From an uncultured Campylobacterales bacterium (GTDB taxonomy: Bacteria > Campylobacterota > Campylobacteria > Campylobacterales > CAZAFM01), in the NCBI GenBank assembly GCA_964484395.1, contig CAZAFM010000003.1:1-41302 (forward strand): DNA of 41,302 bases, given 5' to 3'. The translations under genes and the position numbers were made by a program. Below the pieces are notes generated by a model. That model searched no databases, was not told the origin of the DNA, and saw only the letters and a program-made list of their open reading frames with translations. Below are positions 37,288 through 41,302 of the stretch, in pieces. Numbering within the stretch: position 1 is the first letter of the stretch; every line of letters begins with the position of its first letter.

Positions 37288-38308
37288 TTCTTTTTATCCA
37301 TCCAATTTTGTTGTCTAACTCTATTTTGATGTATTGACCCTTTTTGGCTAGTAAATCAGCTTCTGCACTAGTTGTAGTAGTATGAAAAACAGTGGAGTTT
37401 GGAGTAGGTAGAATCTGTATTTTAGCTCCTTTTTTAACTACAACACTCCCCTTTTCAAAAAGAAAAAACAGCATAGCAACACCAACTAAAAGTGCAAGAA
37501 GTAAAAATATCTTTTTTCTTTTGAAAACAAAAAGAGCTACAAAAAGAGAGACAAGAGATACGCTAAGAATTATTTTTGTGAAAAGAAATGTATTTTTAGG
37601 TTTCAAATCACTCTGCGTGCTTACCCGTTCGTCAGTTGGCTTGTTTTCAAATACTATCTCTTCAAATCTCTTTTTTTGTGTATTGAAGTATTTGAATTCT
37701 ATCTCTTTTATGTTTTTGTTAACTACTACATAATATATGAGCTTCGAATCATAATAGTCCCCCTTATAAGATTCAAGACCTTGCTTTTTATACTTCTTTA
37801 GATGAAAATCCTCTAGGTTTGAGTTTTGTGCATTTAGTTCAAATATCATAATATTGTGAGAGTCATCAAAAATAGCAGATCTAAACTCATCAGTTTTTAG
37901 CTCTTGTGCAAACACCCCACTAAAATTCTCAACTTCTACGGGAATAATATCTATATCTTCAGAGTCAAGTGAAATAGTATCTAGTGTAACTCCTTGATTT
38001 ATAAGTGATATGTCAATAGCTGGTGTTCTAGCATCTTTAGATAAAGCTTTTATAAGATATGTAGTTGAGTATAGGTTATCTCCTTGACTACGCCATTTTG
38101 GATTTTCATCTAGAGCTTCTAAGCCTTGAAGTGATAGCTCACTACTAAGAGTACCCTCTTCAAGCACTAAAAGCTTGACCTCTATAGGAAAGACTGAGCC
38201 TTTATAGGCACTACTAGGAGTAGAATACTCTTTTAGATAAAGAAGCTGAGGACCACTAGCTCCTACAAGCGTAAAGAGCAGAAAAAAAAGGAGTAGTGCA
38301 ACCCTCAT
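37271..38308 (-). CDS. Conserved exported/membrane protein with C-terminal SH3-like domain
   Basis: Signal peptide, two TM segments near the C-terminus, ILPTPNST...KIGWIK; lies between purQ and plsC as in Campylobacter. Confidence 0.75.
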   Translation of the reverse strand: MRVALLLFFLLFTLVGASGPQLLYLKEYSTPSSAYKGSVFPIEVKLLVLEEGTLSSELSLQGLEALDENPKWRSQGDNLYSTTYLIKALSKDARTPAIDISLINQGVTLDTISLDSEDIDIIPVEVENFSGVFAQELKTDEFRSAIFDDSHNIMIFELNAQNSNLEDFHLKKYKKQGLESYKGDYYDSKLIYYVVVNKNIKEIEFKYFNTQKKRFEEIVFENKPTDERVSTQSDLKPKNTFLFTKIILSVSLVSLFVALFVFKRKKIFLLLALLVGVAMLFFLFEKGSVVVKKGAKIQILPTPNSTVFHTTTTSAEADLLAKKGQYIKIELDNKIGWIKRSDTKN

Positions 38309-38310
38309 AT

Positions 38311-38964
38311 CTATCCTAGAAGGGAACGGAGCATCAAGACACCATCATCTGAGCCTAAAGGCTTCTCCATAGCCCTCTCTGGGTGGGGCATTAAACCAAA
38401 TACATTTTTGTTTTCATTACATATACCTGCAATATCTTCTAGTGACCCATTTGGGTTGTTTATGTATTTTAGAAGTATTAAGTCCTTATCTTCTAGCTCT
38501 TTTAAATCATCTTCTAAACAGTAGTAGTTCCCTTCTGCATGAGCTATTGGGATATTGATTTTATCGCCCTGCTTGTATGGGTTTAAAAATCTGTTATTAT
38601 TGTTTACTACTTCTAGCTCTTGATGCTTTGAGATGAAGTGTAGATTTTCATTTCTCTTCATGGCACCCTTTAAAAGTCCTGCTTCAAGTAGTATCTGAAA
38701 GCCATTACATATTCCAAGTACCCTGCCACCTTTGTTTGCAAACTCAACAACAGCATTCATAATAGGGCTAAATCTAGCAATAGCACCACTTCTAAGATAA
38801 TCACCATAACTAAACCCACCAGGAAGTACTACTAGGTCAATTCCACTAGGTAGACTGCTATCTTTGTGCCATATATATTGAGTTTTTACACCTATTTTGT
38901 TGTATGCATACTCCATATCAAAGTCACAATTAGTTCCAGCAAATCTAATAATAGCTACAGTCAT
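38311..38964 (-). CDS. purQ: FGAM synthase glutaminase subunit
   Basis: GTNCD, PGGFSYGDYLR, GICNGFQIL, MPHPER. Confidence 0.97.
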   Translation of the reverse strand: MTVAIIRFAGTNCDFDMEYAYNKIGVKTQYIWHKDSSLPSGIDLVVLPGGFSYGDYLRSGAIARFSPIMNAVVEFANKGGRVLGICNGFQILLEAGLLKGAMKRNENLHFISKHQELEVVNNNNRFLNPYKQGDKINIPIAHAEGNYYCLEDDLKELEDKDLILLKYINNPNGSLEDIAGICNENKNVFGLMPHPERAMEKPLGSDDGVLMLRSLLG

Positions 38965-39203
38965 TCTACAATCTCAATTTCGTAGTTTTCTATAACTGTA
39001 TTTGCAAGTAGGCTTTCACACATCTGTGAAGCTTGTTTTTTTGCTTCTTTACTACTATCTGTATCTATGTCTAGCTCTATTCTCTTTCCAACTCTTACAT
39101 CACTAGTTGAGCCAAAGCCCATAGTGTGAAGTGCGTGCTCTATAGCTTTTCCTTGAGGGTCTAGTACTCCCTCTTTTAGAGAGATATTTACAAAAACTTT
39201 CAT
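38961..39203 (-). CDS. purS: FGAM synthase subunit PurS
   Basis: VLDPQG, VRVGK, LLANTVIE; GTG at 39206 is an alternative start. Confidence 0.95.
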   Translation of the reverse strand: MKVFVNISLKEGVLDPQGKAIEHALHTMGFGSTSDVRVGKRIELDIDTDSSKEAKKQASQMCESLLANTVIENYEIEIVE

Positions 39204-39916
39204 CACTTCTCCATTATTCTTCTTAGAATCTCTTCATAAGCGGCCTTTACAGGGGCGCTTCCTTCTCGAAAGAGGTCTTTATCTAACTTCTCTTTTGTCT
39301 GCTTATCCCAAAATCTACAGCTATCTGGCGTTATCTCATCTGCTAGTATGATATTTCCATCGCAGTCTCGTCCATACTCAAGCTTGAAGTCCACTAGGAT
39401 AAGTCCTTTTTTGTCAAAGTACTCTTTTAAGATAGTGTTTATGGTTCTGGATGTTTTTTTTAGAAGCTCTAGCTCATCTTGGTTATTGACTAGCTTCATT
39501 ATTAGTGCATGCTCATCATTGATAATAGGGTCATTTAAACTGTCATTTTTATAACAAAACTCAACTAGAGCAAAGGGAAGAGAGGCTCCATTCTCTATTC
39601 CCAATCTCTTAGTTAGACTTCCTGTAGCTATATTTCTAGTAATAACCTCTATAGGAATAATATCACACTTTTTTGTTAGCATATGGGTTGAGTCTATCTG
39701 ATTTATGTAGTGAGTAGTTATTCCACTATCTTCTAGTAACTCAAAAATCTTTGTAGCTATCATACAATTTAGTGAGCCTTTTCCCTCTTCATTTGATTTT
39801 TTTTGTGCGTTGAAGGCAGTTAGGTCATCTTTGAACTCCATAATGACCTTGCATCTATCCTCTGTGAGGTATAGCTTTTTTGCCTTTCCTTCATAAAAAA
39901 ACTCACCCTTTTTCAT
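39203..39916 (-). CDS. purC: SAICAR synthetase
   Basis: [39 protein letters not shown]. Confidence 0.97.
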   Translation of the reverse strand: MKKGEFFYEGKAKKLYLTEDRCKVIMEFKDDLTAFNAQKKSNEEGKGSLNCMIATKIFELLEDSGITTHYINQIDSTHMLTKKCDIIPIEVITRNIATGSLTKRLGIENGASLPFALVEFCYKNDSLNDPIINDEHALIMKLVNNQDELELLKKTSRTINTILKEYFDKKGLILVDFKLEYGRDCDGNIILADEITPDSCRFWDKQTKEKLDKDLFREGSAPVKAAYEEILRRIMEK

Positions 39917-39917
39917 A

Positions 39918-41228
39918 CTATCTCCTGCTATTTAAGATTTCCCATGTTTTTATTGCATCAAGTGCGCTCTTTAGCTGAATATCACTATTTATGTTTTCTG
40001 TTGTTACAGTATCTTTGTTCTCCTCTTCTTTCTCTCTCTCTTTTTTAGGCAATGGCTCTATTTTTTCTAGTTCACCTTCTAGGTGTTTTTTGAGCTCAGC
40101 CTCTTTGACGCTGAAGCTATCACTATCTGCAGGAACCTTTCCTTGAGCTATCTCTATATCTGGTATTACACCAACTGCTTGGATAGTCCTACCACTTGGT
40201 AGATAGTATTCAGCAACTGTAAGTCTAAGTGCTTCTTTATTATTTATTGGCAGAATTATCTGAACACTTCCTTTTCCAAATGTTTCTTCTCCAACTACAA
40301 CTGCTCTTTTGTGATCTTGCAAGGAGCCACTAACAATCTCACTTGCACTTGCACTTCCCTTATTTACAAGGACTGATATTGGAATATCTTTGATTGTTCC
40401 TTTTGAATTTGCTAGAAACTCTTTATCCTCATTTTTTATTCTACCTCTTTGAGAGACTATCACTCCTTCATCTACAAAAAGATTAGTCAAACCAACTGCT
40501 TGATCTAATAAACCTCCTGGGTTATTTCTAAGGTCAAGAATTACCCCTTTGAGATTTTTCTTGTCTTTTAGTGCTTTTTTTACATCCTCAACAACATGCC
40601 TATCAAAGGACACAACCCTAATATATAGTATTCCATCATGGTCTTCTACATCTTTTGTATATACTGACTCTACTGTGATTATGTCTCTGATGATTTTTTT
40701 GACAAACGGCTTAGTTGCACTCTTTCTTACAATAGTGAGCTCTATTGGTGTTCCGGGCTTCCCTCTCATAAGGTTCACTGCCTCATCAATAGTCATATTA
40801 AGAGTTGAGTGGTTATCTATTTTTAGTATAATATCTCCAGCTTCTAGCCCAGCTTTATCAGCGGGTGTACCCTCTATTGGAGATATAACTGTTAGTGCTC
40901 CATCTTTTATTCCAACTGTAATCCCAAGTCCACCAAACTCTCCTGAAGTCTGAATTTTAAGCTCTTTGTACTTTTTTTCTTTCAAAAAAGAACTGTGAGC
41001 ATCTAAGTTTGACAAAAGTCCCTCTATAGATTTATCTACCAAATCCGAGATATTTACATCATCTACATAGTATTTTTCTACGATATTTATCACTTTAGTA
41101 AACTTTGTAAGTGACTCTACTCTATCTTGTGACTGGTCTGCTTCATTTGCATTTAGTCCAGCAACAACTGCAAAAAGTGCTAAAAAAGATAACACAAAGC
41201 CAAAAATCTTAATCCCTCTATCTTTCAT
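39918..41228 (-). CDS. ctpA: Carboxyl-terminal processing protease (S41A, PDZ domain)
   Basis: [37 protein letters not shown]; TATAAT at 41270-41265. Confidence 0.95.
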   Translation of the reverse strand: MKDRGIKIFGFVLSFLALFAVVAGLNANEADQSQDRVESLTKFTKVINIVEKYYVDDVNISDLVDKSIEGLLSNLDAHSSFLKEKKYKELKIQTSGEFGGLGITVGIKDGALTVISPIEGTPADKAGLEAGDIILKIDNHSTLNMTIDEAVNLMRGKPGTPIELTIVRKSATKPFVKKIIRDIITVESVYTKDVEDHDGILYIRVVSFDRHVVEDVKKALKDKKNLKGVILDLRNNPGGLLDQAVGLTNLFVDEGVIVSQRGRIKNEDKEFLANSKGTIKDIPISVLVNKGSASASEIVSGSLQDHKRAVVVGEETFGKGSVQIILPINNKEALRLTVAEYYLPSGRTIQAVGVIPDIEIAQGKVPADSDSFSVKEAELKKHLEGELEKIEPLPKKEREKEEENKDTVTTENINSDIQLKSALDAIKTWEILNSRR

Positions 41229-41302
41229 ATTCTCTCCATAAACATCAATTTAAATTCAAAAGATATTATATATAGTTGTCGCTAAATGTTGTATGAAGAA
41301 GG

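Noticed and set aside
36470-38290. A7-A8 homopolymer runs in the DUF218, plsC and SH3-like genes as phase-variation tracts
   Set aside because: Frames are intact, the runs mostly encode Phe-rich TM segments in AT-rich DNA, and Campylobacterota contingency loci are typically poly-G/C.
4891-40953. Numerous antisense or nested ORFs in the track (e.g. 4891..5253, 6967..7512, 15453..15722, 21883..22320, 40549..40953)
   Set aside because: They lie opposite or out of frame within well-supported genes and show no recognisable motifs; consistent with shadow ORFs.

Overview
AT-rich chromosomal window from a motile, probably sulfur-oxidising chemolithoautotrophic member of the Campylobacterota (inferred from gene families, the ctpA-purC-purS-purQ-X-plsC and csd4/HP1076-like gene orders, CcsBA, and sigma54 promoters of the TGGAAY-N5-TTGC type). 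The centre (about 4.8-24.7 kb) is an inorganic-carbon cluster built from two convergent gene runs that meet at a shared 4-bp stop overlap (9537-9540). The + strand run is icd-sbtA-sbtB-purK-purE. The - strand run is tpx, five-subunit porEDABG, a COG0523 metallochaperone, five-subunit forDABGE, a three-gene DAB/DAC uptake complex and a small Cys/His protein. It joins reverse-TCA carboxylases to two DIC transporters and the bicarbonate-using purine step, with no carboxysome or soluble carbonic anhydrase gene in the window. Features the ORF track misses: two nearly identical ferredoxin-subunit genes bracketing the oxidoreductases, a TGTWACA direct-repeat motif shared by the cluster promoters, a structured intergenic RNA candidate after dabA, a sigma54-driven 48-aa membrane ORF, and a Tat-signal SQR gene with two in-frame stops near the window edge. 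The right third is mostly core genes. No rRNA, tRNA, CRISPR array or transposase was seen. All calls come from reading motifs by eye; no searches were run.
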